A DNA stretch of 64,000 bases from an uncultured Spirochaetaceae bacterium (GCA_964397655.1 CAYNKA010000003.1:323890-387889), one strand, 5' to 3'. Positions 50,701-62,500 are shown, counted from the stretch's first letter. Numbers and translations: made by a program. Notes: generated by a model not told the origin, from the sequence alone.

Positions 50701-50976
50701 ACCACGCTCACCACCGTCCTCGGCCTCCTTCCCGTGGCCTTCGTGCAGAGCGAAGGGGCCGACCTCGTCACCCCCATCAGCAAGACCCTCCTCGGGGGGC
50801 TCTCAGTGAGTTCGTTCTTCACCCTGTTCCTGATCCCGGTGATCTACGCCATCTTCAACGAACAATCCGAGAAATGGAACCGGAAAAAGGAGGAGAGGCG
50901 CCAGCGGATCCGCGAGACCAGGAAGCGGACCATGGCCTCGGAGGCGGCGAAGCCCCAAGGAGGGGCGGAAGCATGA
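47755..50976 (+). CDS. Efflux RND transporter permease (AcrB/HAE1 or CzcA-like)
   Basis: 1073 aa, 12 TM helices, two large periplasmic loops. RBS GGAGGG. Confidence 0.95.
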   Translation: MIAKTAVSRPTTFLIVFVLVVGFGLYTASDLSIDLYPDVTPPVLLVFTNYSGVGPEEIETTVTRPLEAALSNVANIDKITSVSAEGSSQITIQFVYGTNMDEAPNDVRDKLEFVKDNLPDDATTPQIFKFDPSMIPILMLAVKGNRSPEELKKIAEDTIQPRIEQVEGVSLTSVSGGRERAIMVEIPQNRLEAYNLTLTQISQSLKGQNIQISAGSITEGSKNYLIRTSGEYKTIDEIKNTVIAYKGSQFTAREAGVKNSQVVRLRDIANVYDGFKKETNNVFINGQPGVYITVQKQSGTNSVKTADNVMARLKKINQEIPRGISVEVLHDTTKIIRNSLAEVSSTATSGAFLAVVILFVFLRSVRTTLIIGISIPVSIVITFMLMYFTGLTLNMMTLTGLALGVGMLVDNSIVILENIYRYREKGTKLTAASILGTQEMITAITASTLTTIVVFAPVVIFRTELGMMGEMLASLSFTVVISLTASLFVAIFLVPVLTSKYLPIFSRKEEPLTGFRKRIDDAMGKFFERMDEAYKNSLRFVLKHRVSTILGIIVIFAGSFLLVPLTGFEFMPTMQQDSVSVNVELPIGTKLEITQSVLKQLELIVQQEVKGYQNIAISAGSRSFFGFLGATQSHKGTISITLPPFKDRIDDSHTVEQKLRSHFNDFPSAVFSFRQNRGFGGNANPIDILVKSDDLVKSKEVAQKIRDIIKAEIPEATEPTIDLKDGLPQVEIIIDRDRAYDLGLNIATIGQEIRANIDGITSSQYREKGSEYDIVVILDPKDRDAIPDLNKISVTNSQGRRISLASFARLERTTGPVTINRENQIRTVHVTAGVLKGTDLNKIETGIRSLITERIPADESYTIEFSGDYADLMKYGYKIVIILIISVALVFGVMASQFESLLDPFIIMFTIPLTLIGVIAIHVLTKTNFSMFTAVGIVTLAGVVVNNGIVLVDYTNMLRKRGRPIIDACVEAGGNRLRPILMTTLTTVLGLLPVAFVQSEGADLVTPISKTLLGGLSVSSFFTLFLIPVIYAIFNEQSEKWNRKKEERRQRIRETRKRTMASEAAKPQGGAEA

Positions 50977-51263
50977 AGCGCATGGAAATAATCCTGAACC
51001 ATTCCATCGAGGAAGACCTTCTCGAGCTGCTCTCCCGGAAGAAGGTCGCCGCGAAGTACACGCGGTATCCCGAGGTGCACGGCGCCGGGCATTCCGAACC
51101 GAAGCAGGGCAACTCGGTGTGGCCGGAGGAGAACGTCGTGTACGTGATCTACTGCAGGGAGGAGGAGGCCGAGGTCATACGCGAGACGGCACGCGAGCTC
51201 AAAAGCTACTTCCCGAAGGAAGGGGTGAAGGTCTTCGAAACGAATGCCGAACAAACGGTCTGA
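50973..51263 (+). CDS. P-II-like small protein (DUF3240-like) translationally coupled to the RND permease
   Basis: ATGA overlap with the RND gene stop. RBS AAGGAGGGG lies inside the end of the RND gene. 96 aa with a beta-alpha-beta-beta-alpha-beta pattern. Confidence 0.65.
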   Translation: MKRMEIILNHSIEEDLLELLSRKKVAAKYTRYPEVHGAGHSEPKQGNSVWPEENVVYVIYCREEEAEVIRETARELKSYFPKEGVKVFETNAEQTV

Positions 51264-53463
51264 ACTGCTCGCGCCCGCGGGGGGCTTTTCCGCGGGCGTC
51301 TACGCCCTCAGGAACGGCGCGGACGCCGTGTACCTGGGCCTCAAGGCGTTCTCCGCCAGGAAGAGCGCGAGGAATTTCTCGCTCGACGAGCTCTCGGCGA
51401 TAAAAGCCTTCGCCGAGCGGGAGGACAAGAGGGTCTACGCGGCCTTCAACACCCTCGTCAGGGACGGGGAGCTCGCGGAGGCGGCGGAACTCCTCCACGA
51501 ACTCGAAGCCCTCGAAATCGACGGGGTCATCGTCCAGGATCTCGGCATGCTCCGCATGCTGAGGCGGCACTTCCCCGGCCTCGCGGTCCACGCCTCCACG
51601 CAGATGGCGGTTCACAACTCCGAGGGAGTCGCGTTCCTGAAGAGGGAGGGAGTCCGCAGGGTCGTCCTCGCCCGCGAGCTCTCCTGGGAGGAGATCGCGG
51701 CGATCCGCCGCGATCACGAGGACATCGAACTCGAGGTCTTCATCCACGGAGCCCTCTGCTATTCCTTCTCCGGCCTCTGCCTCGCCTCCGGCATGCTCCT
51801 GGGCAGGTCCGGAAACCGCGGAGAATGCGCGCAGATATGCCGGAGCTGGTTCGAGTCGGACGGCGTCGAAAGCCTTCCTCCCCGGGGTTATTATTTCTCA
51901 TGCAACGACCTTTGGGCGGGCGACGAGGTCCTCCGCCTGCAGGAGCTCGGAGTCGATTCCTTCAAGATCGAGGGCCGCATGAAGCCTCCCGAATGGGTGA
52001 GCGCGGTCGTCTCCTATTACAGGACCATCCTCATCGGAGGCAGGGAAAAGACGAAAGCCGAGGCCGCGGAGAAAGCCCGTACGATCTTCTCCCGGCGCAC
52101 GACCAGGGGCTACGGTCCCGCGGCCGGGGGCGAAAACATACTCTCCGCGGACTATCCCGGCCACCGCGGCATACCGGCGGGGACCGTGGAATCGGTGAGG
52201 CGGGAAGGCTTCGTGCTCGTGCTCGAAACCGATCTCTCCCTCCGCGACGGACTCCTCTTCTTCCAGAAGACGGGGAGCGGGGACTTTCCCAGGCCGGTCC
52301 CCTTCGCCGCGACCTTCCCGGCCGAGGAGCGAAGGACCTCCGCCCGGGCCGGGGAACGCGTCCTCGTCGCCTCGGAGCCGCTTCCCGGGATCGGCGACCG
52401 GGTCTACAAGATTTCCTCGCATTCCGCGGCGCTTCCCGAGGTGACGGAAAATTTCCCGAAGAAGACCATCCCCGTCGCGCTCGCGGTAAGGCTCCTTCCC
52501 GGCGAGATCCGCCTGGAATTCATCCCCGGGAAACCGCTCCTTCCCCCCGCGGTCTTCTCGCGGACGATCAGGGTGGAGGGCGCGAAGAAGGCCAGGCCGT
52601 TCCGCGACGTGGTCGAGGAGAGGCTTTCCGCGCCGGGGGACTCCCGCTTCTCGGTAGAATCGTTCGCCTTCGTCAACGAGTCGGGCTTCGGCGACGAGGG
52701 GATCTTCGTCAATCCCTCCGAGCTCAAGGAGACGAGACGCTGGGCCTTCGCCCTCCTCGAGGAGGCGTACGTGTCGGCTCGGACGGCGCGGGCGGCAGCA
52801 GCGACGGGAGGCGCCGGGAATGCGGCAGTGAAGCCGGATCCTCTCCCCGATCCGGGTTTCCGCATACCCGAGCGTGCCCTCGTCGCCGACCGTGAGACGG
52901 GGCTCCCCTTCGTAGCGGACCCCCGGCAGCTCGCGATCGGGCGCCTCCACCGCTCCGAAGACGGCTTCGCGTATCTCGCCCTCGCGCCGGTGCTGTTCCG
53001 CGCCTCGGACTACCTCGCCCGGGTCGAGGCATTCATCCGAAGGTCCCTGCGGGAGGACGGAGGAATCCGCTTCCGGATCGGCCTCGGCAACGTCGGGCAC
53101 CTCGGCTTCGCCTCCTCCTTCGCGGAGGAGGAAAGGGTCGAGTTCTTCGCTGACTGGGGCCTGTACGCGGCGAACCGCGAAACGATCCGCCTGCTTCGCG
53201 AGCGCGTTCCGCGTCTATCGTTCTATTATCCGTGGATTGAAAACCCCGCTCCCGCAGGAGCCGGCCTGCCCGCGGGGCGGTTCGGGAATTTCAAGCCCCC
53301 CCTTTTCCTGAGCAGGGCCTGCGTGTGGAAGCAGGCGGCCGGCGCCTCGTGCGAAGGCTGCGCCGCGGACCGTTCGACCCTCGTCCGGCAGGGGAAGAGG
53401 AGCTTCCGTCTCCGGACGGTGCGCGTCGCGGGCTCCTGCATCTCCCTGCTGTCCGAGGCATGA
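51244..53463 (+). CDS. Peptidase U32 family protein (collagenase-like, PrtC/YegQ-like) with long C-terminal extension
   Basis: U32 core LLAPAGGFSAGVYALRNGADAVYLG and the E..hGALCYSFSG.C catalytic signature. 739 aa. Confidence 0.85.
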   Translation: MPNKRSELLAPAGGFSAGVYALRNGADAVYLGLKAFSARKSARNFSLDELSAIKAFAEREDKRVYAAFNTLVRDGELAEAAELLHELEALEIDGVIVQDLGMLRMLRRHFPGLAVHASTQMAVHNSEGVAFLKREGVRRVVLARELSWEEIAAIRRDHEDIELEVFIHGALCYSFSGLCLASGMLLGRSGNRGECAQICRSWFESDGVESLPPRGYYFSCNDLWAGDEVLRLQELGVDSFKIEGRMKPPEWVSAVVSYYRTILIGGREKTKAEAAEKARTIFSRRTTRGYGPAAGGENILSADYPGHRGIPAGTVESVRREGFVLVLETDLSLRDGLLFFQKTGSGDFPRPVPFAATFPAEERRTSARAGERVLVASEPLPGIGDRVYKISSHSAALPEVTENFPKKTIPVALAVRLLPGEIRLEFIPGKPLLPPAVFSRTIRVEGAKKARPFRDVVEERLSAPGDSRFSVESFAFVNESGFGDEGIFVNPSELKETRRWAFALLEEAYVSARTARAAAATGGAGNAAVKPDPLPDPGFRIPERALVADRETGLPFVADPRQLAIGRLHRSEDGFAYLALAPVLFRASDYLARVEAFIRRSLREDGGIRFRIGLGNVGHLGFASSFAEEERVEFFADWGLYAANRETIRLLRERVPRLSFYYPWIENPAPAGAGLPAGRFGNFKPPLFLSRACVWKQAAGASCEGCAADRSTLVRQGKRSFRLRTVRVAGSCISLLSEA

Positions 53464-53508
53464 GGCGGAGTCCGGGCCCCTCTTCGCCGGCCTCCGGACG
53501 GCCGCCTC
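53462..53508. terminator. Compound hairpin between convergent genes (candidate bidirectional terminator)
   Basis: Outer stem GAGGCGG/CCGCCTC spans both stop codons (U32 TGA and the giant-gene TGA). It encloses an inner TCCGG/CCGGA stem. Confidence 0.35.
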
Positions 53509-56500
53509 ACTTGACCACCATCACCTTTCTGATCTCGTCGATGTCGGGTCCCACGACGCGCACGAAATAGATGCCGCGCGCCACGACCCGGCCTCCCATG
53601 TTTTTCCCGTCCCAGGTATAGGTGTAGCTTCCCTTGCCCTGGTTGCCCCGGTGCAGGACGTAGACCAGGCTGCCGTCGAGCGAGAACACCTGGGCCGAGA
53701 CCATGCCGGACCGCGAGAGCTCGTAGGTGAGGATCGCCTTTTCGGCGTTCTCCGGATTTATCACGTTGTTGAAGATGCTCACGCCGGCCCGCTGGGTCTT
53801 GCCCTTGTCGAGGTTGAAGCTCCAGGGGGCGAGGCTCGTCGGCGTCGAGGCGTCCGTGAGTCTCGCGCAGAACAGGTTCCCGAGCCGGAAGATGAATTCG
53901 ATCTTCTTTCCGGCCTCCATCTCGGAGTCGGTTTCGGGTATGAGGAAATTCCTGAGCGCCCCGGAGACGGAGTACGGGCTCACGCCTCGGGCTCCGGTGT
54001 TCGCGAGGGGGTTGAGCCCCTCGATGCGGATCGGCAACCAGATCGCCGGGAAGTTGACCATCGCGTCGTCGTCGGAGACGTTGAAGTACTTCGAGTCCAC
54101 GTCCGCGTCGAAGAACAGGGTGAGCGGAAGGTTCGTGTAGCCGCTCGCGGCGATCTGCGCCTGGAGGATGACGTCCAGGGGCCTGAGCCGGCCCGTTCCG
54201 TCGAAGGTCCTGAGCGAGGACGAGGTCCCGCCCACGGATTCCGAGTTGATTCCGTCCGAGGCCCAGAGCGGCGAGACCACGCCGAGCCCCACGTCCGTGA
54301 TGCGGTGGACGTCGGTGTCGAGCATGGCGTTCTCGGAGTCGTCGAACACGGTGTTGACCGTCGCCACCTTGAGCGTCGCGCCCACCGCGTCGTTCGCGGT
54401 GATCGCCCGGTTGAGGTTGAACCAGGCGTCCCATACGCTGTTGGAGCTGCTTCCCCGGGTGATCACGTCCATTCCGGTTATGGTGAAGGCGTCGCCCACG
54501 AAGGCGAACTGGGAAGCGCTCACTTGAGCGCTCTTGTCCTTGGAGCCGAAGACCGGTTCGGTGAATTTCACGTACATCCTCGTGTCCCCGACCGATGCGA
54601 GGGTGAGCTGGATTCTGGGAGGCACGCGCTCGATGATAGCGATCGGCGTCGTCGAGGAGGGAAGAAGGTTCCCGGCGAGGTCGGTGATGTACGCCTTCGT
54701 CGCGTCGTAGCTCACGTACATCTCCGTGGTGAGGCCCCAGGGATGGCCCGAATCCGCCAGCGTGAGCGTGAAATAGGGGTCGTCCGGGAGGTTGCCGGTG
54801 AAGCCGGAACTCGCGGGCACGAAGAGGCTGTTGTTGACGTCTGAGATGAGGCCCTGGTTGAAGGTGTTGACGAGGGGGCTCACCCCGACCTGTTCGACGT
54901 AGAAGGCCTCGTATTCGTTGAGCGAATCGAGATCGTAGTTCAGCGTCCTGTCCCTGACGCCGCGCGGGACGTCGGGCTGCCCGATGGACGTGCGATAAAC
55001 GGTTCGTCCCGGCATGTCGGGGTGCGCGAGGGGAACCGTCGTGGTCGTTGGATTCCAGTCCGCGTCCTCCGAGGAGTTGTCCTGGATGAAGAATTCCAGG
55101 CGGTTCACGAGGTTCGTGGTGGTCGTAGCGCGGGAGACTATTTCATAGCTCGTGCCCGGGATGAAGGTCGAGAAGCAGGGCGGGTCCGTGTCCCAATAGG
55201 CGTAGAATCCTCCGCCCAGGGTGTAGGGGACGAAGGTTCCGGCGTAGGGAGCCACGGTGCCGTCCACCGCATTCGGCGTCACGGCCTTGTCGCGAATGAA
55301 GGAATTCGACGCCACCGTGATTCCCGTCGCGGCCGCGGGATTCGGCACGTTCGCATGCCATCCCGGCCACCGCGGGTCCGCGGTGCTGCCGGTGGCGTTC
55401 CAGCCCGAAAGGTAGATCCTGAGCCGGTAGTCGGCCGGCCGGTAGAGGGCGTTCGTCGGATCGATGCCGTCCCTCGCGCCGCGGCTCATGGCGGCCGTGC
55501 CCGTGTAGGTGTAGGAAAAATAGCCCGCGACGGTCGCGGTGCCGGAGGAGGCCGTCATATCGCCCCCCCACTTCGACGCCGCGTCGAAGGCGGCCTGGGC
55601 TCTGACGTTCGAGGCGGGCGAGCCCGCTCCCGCGAGCATCGCGGCGTCCGTTCCGACGTCGACCCGCTCCGAGTAGTAGAGATCGAAGAAGTTGTGCGCG
55701 TCGAAATGCGTGGAGGCCGGCGTCGAGTGCGGCGCCCGTCCGTACTCGATTTTCCAGAGCACGGGGCCTGCACGGTCCACCGTGGCGGTGTAACTCGCGA
55801 AAGTGTTGTAGCCGTAGCTCCTCGCGGGGTTCTTGTGACTGTCGAAGAAGGCGGTCTTCCGGAAGAACAGGTCCGGGAGGTTCGTCTTGTGCGTGCCGGT
55901 CCGGTCGGTGCTCGCAGCCTGCCCTTCGACGGGAGCTGCGCCTCCCGAGCCGACGGCGTCCGTGTTCCAGGTCCCGCCGACGACCGTGGTCCGCACATAG
56001 AAGGACGTGAGGTCGCCCTGCCCGTTCGTCGAGGTCGTACAGAGCGCGTCGGTGAAGGCGTCCGCGAAGACGAGGCCCGCTCCCCCGCCCGGCGTCGTCA
56101 GGGCGCCGGTATTCGTGTAGGACATGGAGGCCGCCGCGAGGGCCGCGTTGATCTCGTCGTTCGAGTTCTCGATCGCCTTGTTGAAGGTGAGTCTCACCAC
56201 GTTGTCCTTCACGGTCTCGACGAGAACGAGCTCCGGTCGGAGAAAGTCCCAGCCCGTGTTGTTTCCGCCGTCCACGACGTTGTTGTTCGTCTCACCGGCC
56301 TTCACGGATGCCGCGGAAACCCAGCCGCCCTCTGCGTCCGTGTCCGCGCCGTCCGCGGAAGAGAGCGTGCACCAGCTCACGGTCATGTTGAGGGCGACCG
56401 CGTACGAGGATGTGCCCCACATGGTCGCCGTGGCGGCTGCGGTGTAGTTGAAGACGGGGTGGTTCATGGAGTTGTCCGGGATCGCAAGGGTCCAGGCAGC

Positions 56501-59500
56501 GCTCCCGGTCATGGAGGTCCCGTTCACGTAGAAGTTGCCGTCGACACTGATCGTCGATCCGTCGAGCGGCGACAAGGCGAAGGCCGGGGCCGGCCCCCCG
56601 AAGGCGACGACGCTGTTCGCGGCGGCCGTCCCGCCCCCCGGAAGGTAGGCGATCCCGGTCTGCGTGTAATAGGCGAAGCGCGTGTCGTCGGAATCCGCGA
56701 TGTTCGTATCTCCGTTCCCGTCCCAGTCGGGATCGTTCGCGTCGTAGGCCGCGCCGAACAAGGCGAAGGCTCCCGTCGTCGAGAGGGTCCTGCCGTTGAG
56801 GTTCGCCGTTCCCCGGTAGCCCAGGAAACGGCCGCACGACAGGTTCGTGACAAGCCTGACCGTGACGCCCGGCGTGTCGAAGTAGAGCGTCGTGCCGGGA
56901 AGACTTATCGTCCCCGCCCCTGCGTCCCAGTCGCCCGACACGGTCGTGCGGAGGCGCAGGCCTCCGGCGGTCGCGGTGTAGGTCTGTCCGTGGCTCGAGA
57001 CGTAGTGCGTCCCGTCGAGCTCGACGTAGCCCGTCGCGGTCACGCCCACGGTCCCCGCGGCGCTCGCGACGCCCGGCGAACCCGTTCCCGAGCCGATGCC
57101 GCCGAGGACGACGTTGTTTCCCGAGATCGTGAGGCTCTCGAGGGCGGTCGCGGTCGATGTTCCGATGATGCCGGACACCGTGACGTCGCCCGTTCCCGCC
57201 GCGAGGCTGAGGAGCTCGGTCCCGGTTCCCGTGCCCGTGATCGTGGAACCGAAGGAAACATTCCCCGTCGCCGCGCCCGTATTCATCGCCACGTCCCCGG
57301 TGAGGGTCACGGGCTGGGCGTTGAACGATATGTTGGCGTTGTTCGTCGCGATGTCCCCTGCGATGCTCACGGCGCCGGCTCCGGTCTTCGTGAAGGCCCC
57401 CGCGAGATTGAAGTCGGCCGCGGTATCGGCGGCTCCGCCGACGTCTTCGACGGTGAGGAGCCCGCCGTTCGACAGCGTCACCCCCCCTCCTGCCGCGGTC
57501 GTCACCGTGTTGTGAAAGGTCATGGCTCCGGTCGTCGTCAGGTCGATCCCGACCCCTGCCAATGCCTGGCTCGTGTTCACCGGCTGGAAGAACTCTATCG
57601 TAGCGACGGTCCCCGTCGTCACGATCCTCGAAGCGAAAACCTCGCCGTTCCAGGTAACCGCGGCCCCGCTCACGACCGTGAGCACGCCGATCCGGTTCGC
57701 CCCGGCCGCCCCGCCGATCCGCCCGTTCGCGGCCCCGCTCGCGGCTCCGAAGCTCACGTTCCCCGTTCCCGCGGTCACCGTGAGATCGTAGGGCGTGCCC
57801 GGACTGTCTATCGTCGCGGCGTTCGCGAACGAGACGTTCCCGATCCCGGCACCGGTACTCAGCGCCACGGCGCCGGTCAGCGTCACGGGGCCCGCGAACG
57901 AGATGTCGTCGGCCGTCGTCGTGATGTCTCCGGCGGTCGACACCGCGCCCGCCCCGGTCTGCTGGAAGGAACCGTTGAGATTGAAATCGGCTGCGGCCAC
58001 GATGGTGAGGAGCCCGCCGTTCGAAAGGGTGACCCTGCCGTCGCCCGTCGCGGTCACCGTGTTGTTGAAAGTCATGGCCCCGGTAGTCGTCAGGTCCAGC
58101 CCGATCGCCGCGGCAGCGTTCGTGTTCACCGGCTGGTTGAAGACGATCGAGCCCACGGTCCCCGTCGTCGCGATCCTCGAAGCGAAAACCTCGCCGTTCC
58201 AGGTAACCGCGGCCCCGCTCACGACCGTAAGCACGCCGATCCGGTTCGCTCCGGCCGCCCCGCCGATCCGTCCGTTCGCGGCTCCGCTCGCGGCTCCGAA
58301 GCTCACGTTCCCCGTGCCCGCGGTCACCGTGAGGTCGTAGGCCCCGCCTATCGTCGCCGCGTTCCCGAACGAGACGTTCCCGGTCCCGGCACCGGTGCTC
58401 AGCGCCACGGCGCCGGTCAGCGTCACGGGGCCCGCGAACGAGATGTTGCCGGCCGTCGTCGTGACGTCGCCGGCGGTCGACACCGCTCCCGCCCCGTCCT
58501 GCGTGAAGGCCCCGCCGAGGGCGAAATCGGCTGCGGCCGCGATCGTGAGCAGGCCCGTGTTCGTTACGGTCACGGTCCCCGAACTCGCGGTGGACACGGC
58601 GCCGTTGAAGGTGACCGCGGCGCCGTTCAGGTCGAGACCGCTCCCGCCCGTCATGACGAAACCGGCCTGGAAGATGTAGTCCGTTCCCGTCATGTCGTTG
58701 AGCGCTGCCCCGTTCGTGTCCACGGCCTGGTTGAAGGCGGTCGTCCCGGTTCCCGCGATCTGCCGGATCCTCGCCGCGAACACCTCGCCGTTGAAGGTGA
58801 CGTTCGCCGCGCTGTTGATCCTGAGGACGCCGATCCGATTCGCCCCTGCCGCCCCGCCGATCCTTCCGTTCGCCGCTCCGCTCGCGGCTCCGAAGCTCAC
58901 GTTCCCCGTGCCCGCGGTCACCGTGAGGTCGTAGGCCGTGCCCGGACTGTCTATAGTCGCGGCGTTCGCAAAGGTGATGTTCCCTCCGACCCCCGCGGTC
59001 GTGGAAAGCGCGACCGCTCCCGTCAGGGTCACGGCCCGGTAGAAATCGACGTTCCCCGCGTTCGTCGTCACATCGCCCGCGGTGGAGAGCGCGCCCGAGA
59101 GCGTCGCGCCGAAGGCGACCGTCCCCGCCCCGGTTGCCGTGATGTCGCCTGCCGGGGCGATCGTCGTCGTTCCCACGGAGTCGATCGTCACCGCTCCGGT
59201 CGAAACGTTGATCTGGGCGGATAGGTCGACCGTCGCTCCGGCGCCCGTCGCGTCGATATTCACCGCGCCGCTCCCGGAACTCAAAGCCGCAGCGATCGTG
59301 ACGTTCCCCGTGTGATTGATCACGATGTCGTTGTTCGTCGTCGTGATCGTGGCCCCGGTGTTGTCGAAGGTCGTTCCCGCGCTCGAGAAGCCCGAGGGCG
59401 TCGTCACGGTCCCGTTCAGGTCCACGGCCCCGCCGTTCGTGATGGAGAGACTCGCGGCGCTGAACGTGCTCGTCACCGTGACGCCGCCCGAGGCGTCGCT

Positions 59501-62500
59501 CACCGTGACCGTCCCGAGCTGAGTCGCGCCGACCCCTCCCGTGAAGCCGAGACTTCCGGTGCCCGCGTTCAGCGTCAGGGTCTGTCCTCCGGCGGTCGTT
59601 CCCGTGAGCGTCGAGGAGAACGAGATGTTCCCCGCTCCGGCCCCGGTGTCCAGGGCGACGTTCCCCGTGAGCGTCACCGCCCCGTCGAAGCGTATGCCGT
59701 CGTTCGTCGTCGTGATGTCTCCGGCGATGCTCACCGCGCCGGCGCCGTTCTGCAGGAAAGCCCCGTTGAGGCTGAAATCCACGTTCCCCGTATCCGCCGC
59801 GCTCGTCGTGTCCACGATGGTGAGGAGCCCGCCGTTCGAAAGGGTGACCCTGCCGTCGCCCGTCGCGGTCACCGTGTTGTTGAAAGTCATGGCCCCGGTA
59901 GTCGTCAGGTCCAGCCCGATCGCCGCGGCAGCGTTCGTGTTCACCGGCTGGTTGAAGACGATCGAGCCCACGGTCCCCGTCGTCGCGATCCTCGAAGCGA
60001 AAACCTCGCCGTTCCAGGTAACCGCGGCCCCGCTCACGACCGTAAGCACGCCGATCCGGTTCGCTCCGGCCGCCCCGCCGATCCGTCCGTTCGCGGCTCC
60101 GCTCGCGGCTCCGAAGCTCACGTTCCCCGTGCCCGCGGTCACCGTGAGGTCGTAGGCCCCGCCTATCGTCGCCGCGTTCCCGAACGAGACGTTCCCGGTC
60201 CCGGCACCGGTGCTCAGCGCCACGGCGCCGGTCAGCGTCACGGGGCCCGCGAACGAGATGTTGCCGGCCGTCGTCGTGACGTCCCCTGCCGTCGACACCG
60301 CGCCCGCCCCGTCCTGCGTGAAGGCCCCGCTGAGGTTGAAATCCGCCGCGGCGGCCATCGTGAGCAGGCCCGAATTCGTGATCGTCGCCGTACCGGTCCC
60401 GGTGGCGGTCACCGCGACGTCGAAGGTGAAGGCGTTGCCGTTCAGGTCGAGGCCGGCTCCGTTCGTGTTCACCGCCGCGCCGAAGTGCGTGGTCCCGCTC
60501 CCCGCGGTCTGCGACACCGAGGCCGCGTACAGCGTCGAACTCACCGTCACGTCGTTCGCGTTCGTGATCGAGAGGGCGTTGAGCCGGTTCGTTCCCGTGT
60601 TACCCACGGCCCCCGTGAAGGTGATGTTCCCCGCGGCTCCCCCGCTCACCGTGAGGGAGGAGTTTCCTGAGGTTTCGGAATGGACCGTGCTCTGGAACTG
60701 GACGATCCCGCCTCCCGTCGCCGTGACCGAGGTCGCGGTCGCCTGGAGGATCACGGGATCGGAGAAGGTGATGGTGCCGGCCGCTCCGCTCGAGGTCACG
60801 GTCGGCGTCGCGGCCGAGTTGAAGTAGATGTTCCCGCTCGTCGGATTGAGCGTGATCGTTCCCGTGGAGGTCGCGAGCGAACCGTTGATCCGCAGGTCGG
60901 CGGCGGGCGTGAGGTTGATGTAGCCCGTGCCGCCCGAGGCGTTCACCGCGGCCGCCACGGTGAGGTCTCCCGCATTCGTCGTCGCGTCGAAGGTTCCCGT
61001 TACCGTGCATGCGTTCAGGGTATAGCCGTCGGCGTCGTTCAGGGAGACGGCGCCGGCGTTCGTTATCGCGACGGTCGCGAAACCGTTGTCCGTCCTGTTC
61101 AGCGTGATCGAGTTCGTCCCCGCGGCGAGCGTCGTGAGACCCGTCACCGCGACCGCCCCGCTCTGCGTCACGTTTCCCGCGCTCGTGAGCGTGAAACTCG
61201 CGGCGCTCACCGCCGCGAGGAGGGAACCCGAGTCCTCGGTGATCGTCACCGCCCCGCCGGTCAGATCGAGGCTCCCGAAGTTCGTCGTGTCGCCGGCTTG
61301 GTCGCCCAAGGTTATGAGGTTCGCGCCTGCGTTCAGGGTGGCGAGGCCCGTAACCGCGATCGTCGTCGCCGCGGCGTCGGTGATGGTCCCGGCGCTCGTC
61401 AGGGTGAAGAAGCCCGAGGCGTTCACCCCGGTGAGGACCGTTGCCGAGTCCTCGGTCACGGTGACGTTCGTTCCGGAAAGGTTGAGGCTCCCGAAGTTCG
61501 TGGTATCGGTTCCGAAATCGCCGAGTACGATCGTCGTCCCGGCGGAGAAGGTCGCGAGGCCCGTCACGGCGATCGTCGTTCCGTTCGCGTCAGCGATGGA
61601 CCCCGAGCTCGTCAAGGAACTGTTCGTGTTGGCATAGAGATAGGTGATCGTCATGTCCGAGTCCTCGGTGACGGTCACCGTGTTCCCGGTCAGACTCAGG
61701 CTCCCGAAATTCGTCGTGTCGTCGTTGCCGATCGTTATGTCGTAATACGTCCCGCCGTTGTGGGCGTCCAGGGTGGCGAGTCCCCCGACGCTGATCGTCG
61801 TGGTCGCCGCGTCCGTGATGGTCCCTCCCGTCGCGGTGACCGAGAGGTTCGCCGCCGTGTTCACGTTTCCGAGGACGATCGCGTTCACGTCCACGAGGGT
61901 TACGTTGTTCGCGTTCGTGACGACCACGGTGCCGAAGTCGTTCGTCGGGGTGTCGAGGGTGATGTCGTAGTAGGTCGGTCCCGCGACCATCGCCGAGAGC
62001 GTCGTCGTCCCGCTCACGACGAGGGGCTGGGCGTTGTCCGTGATCGTCCCCCCGGCGCTGAGCGTGAGGTTCGTCGCGGTCACGCCGTTCGTGGTCGATA
62101 CCGTGTCGACGACGAGGCCGTCGACGTCCGTGAAGGACACCGTGGCCCCGGTTGCTCCGACCGCGAAGGTGTCCGCGTCGTTCCCGGTCTGCGTGAGGGT
62201 GAAGGTGCCCGCCCCGGTGAGGAGGAGGCCGCCCGTCACGACCGTTCCCCCGGTCTGGTTGACGCCGGTCCCTGTCCCGTTCAGGATCAGGGTCCCGCCG
62301 CCAGTGGCGAGGTTCGAGGCGAGGGTGAGCGAGGGCCCGTTCAGGCTGAGGACCGTGGCCGCGCCGTTCGTGGTGATGTTTCCGTTCACGGTCATCGCCG
62401 CGCCGAGCGTCGTGATCGTGACGTTGCTCGCCGTCGTTCCGGCGGTGATGGGCCCGGTCACGGTGAGGCCGCCGGCCGAGTCGTAGAGCGTGAAGGCTCC

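Noticed and set aside
55022-59224. 1400-aa plus-strand ORF and many 70-200-aa plus ORFs (57096-63839) inside the giant minus-strand gene
   Set aside because: These are mirror or alternate frames of the repetitive gene. Their repeated peptides (for example ...APLAAPKLTFPVPAVTVRS several times) simply reflect the nucleotide repeats. They are Arg/Pro/Ala-rich with no start context.
57400-60400. Possible CRISPR-like regular repeats
   Set aside because: The repeats are 475-600-bp protein-coding units inside one ORF, not 25-40-bp repeats with unique spacers, and there are no cas genes in the window.
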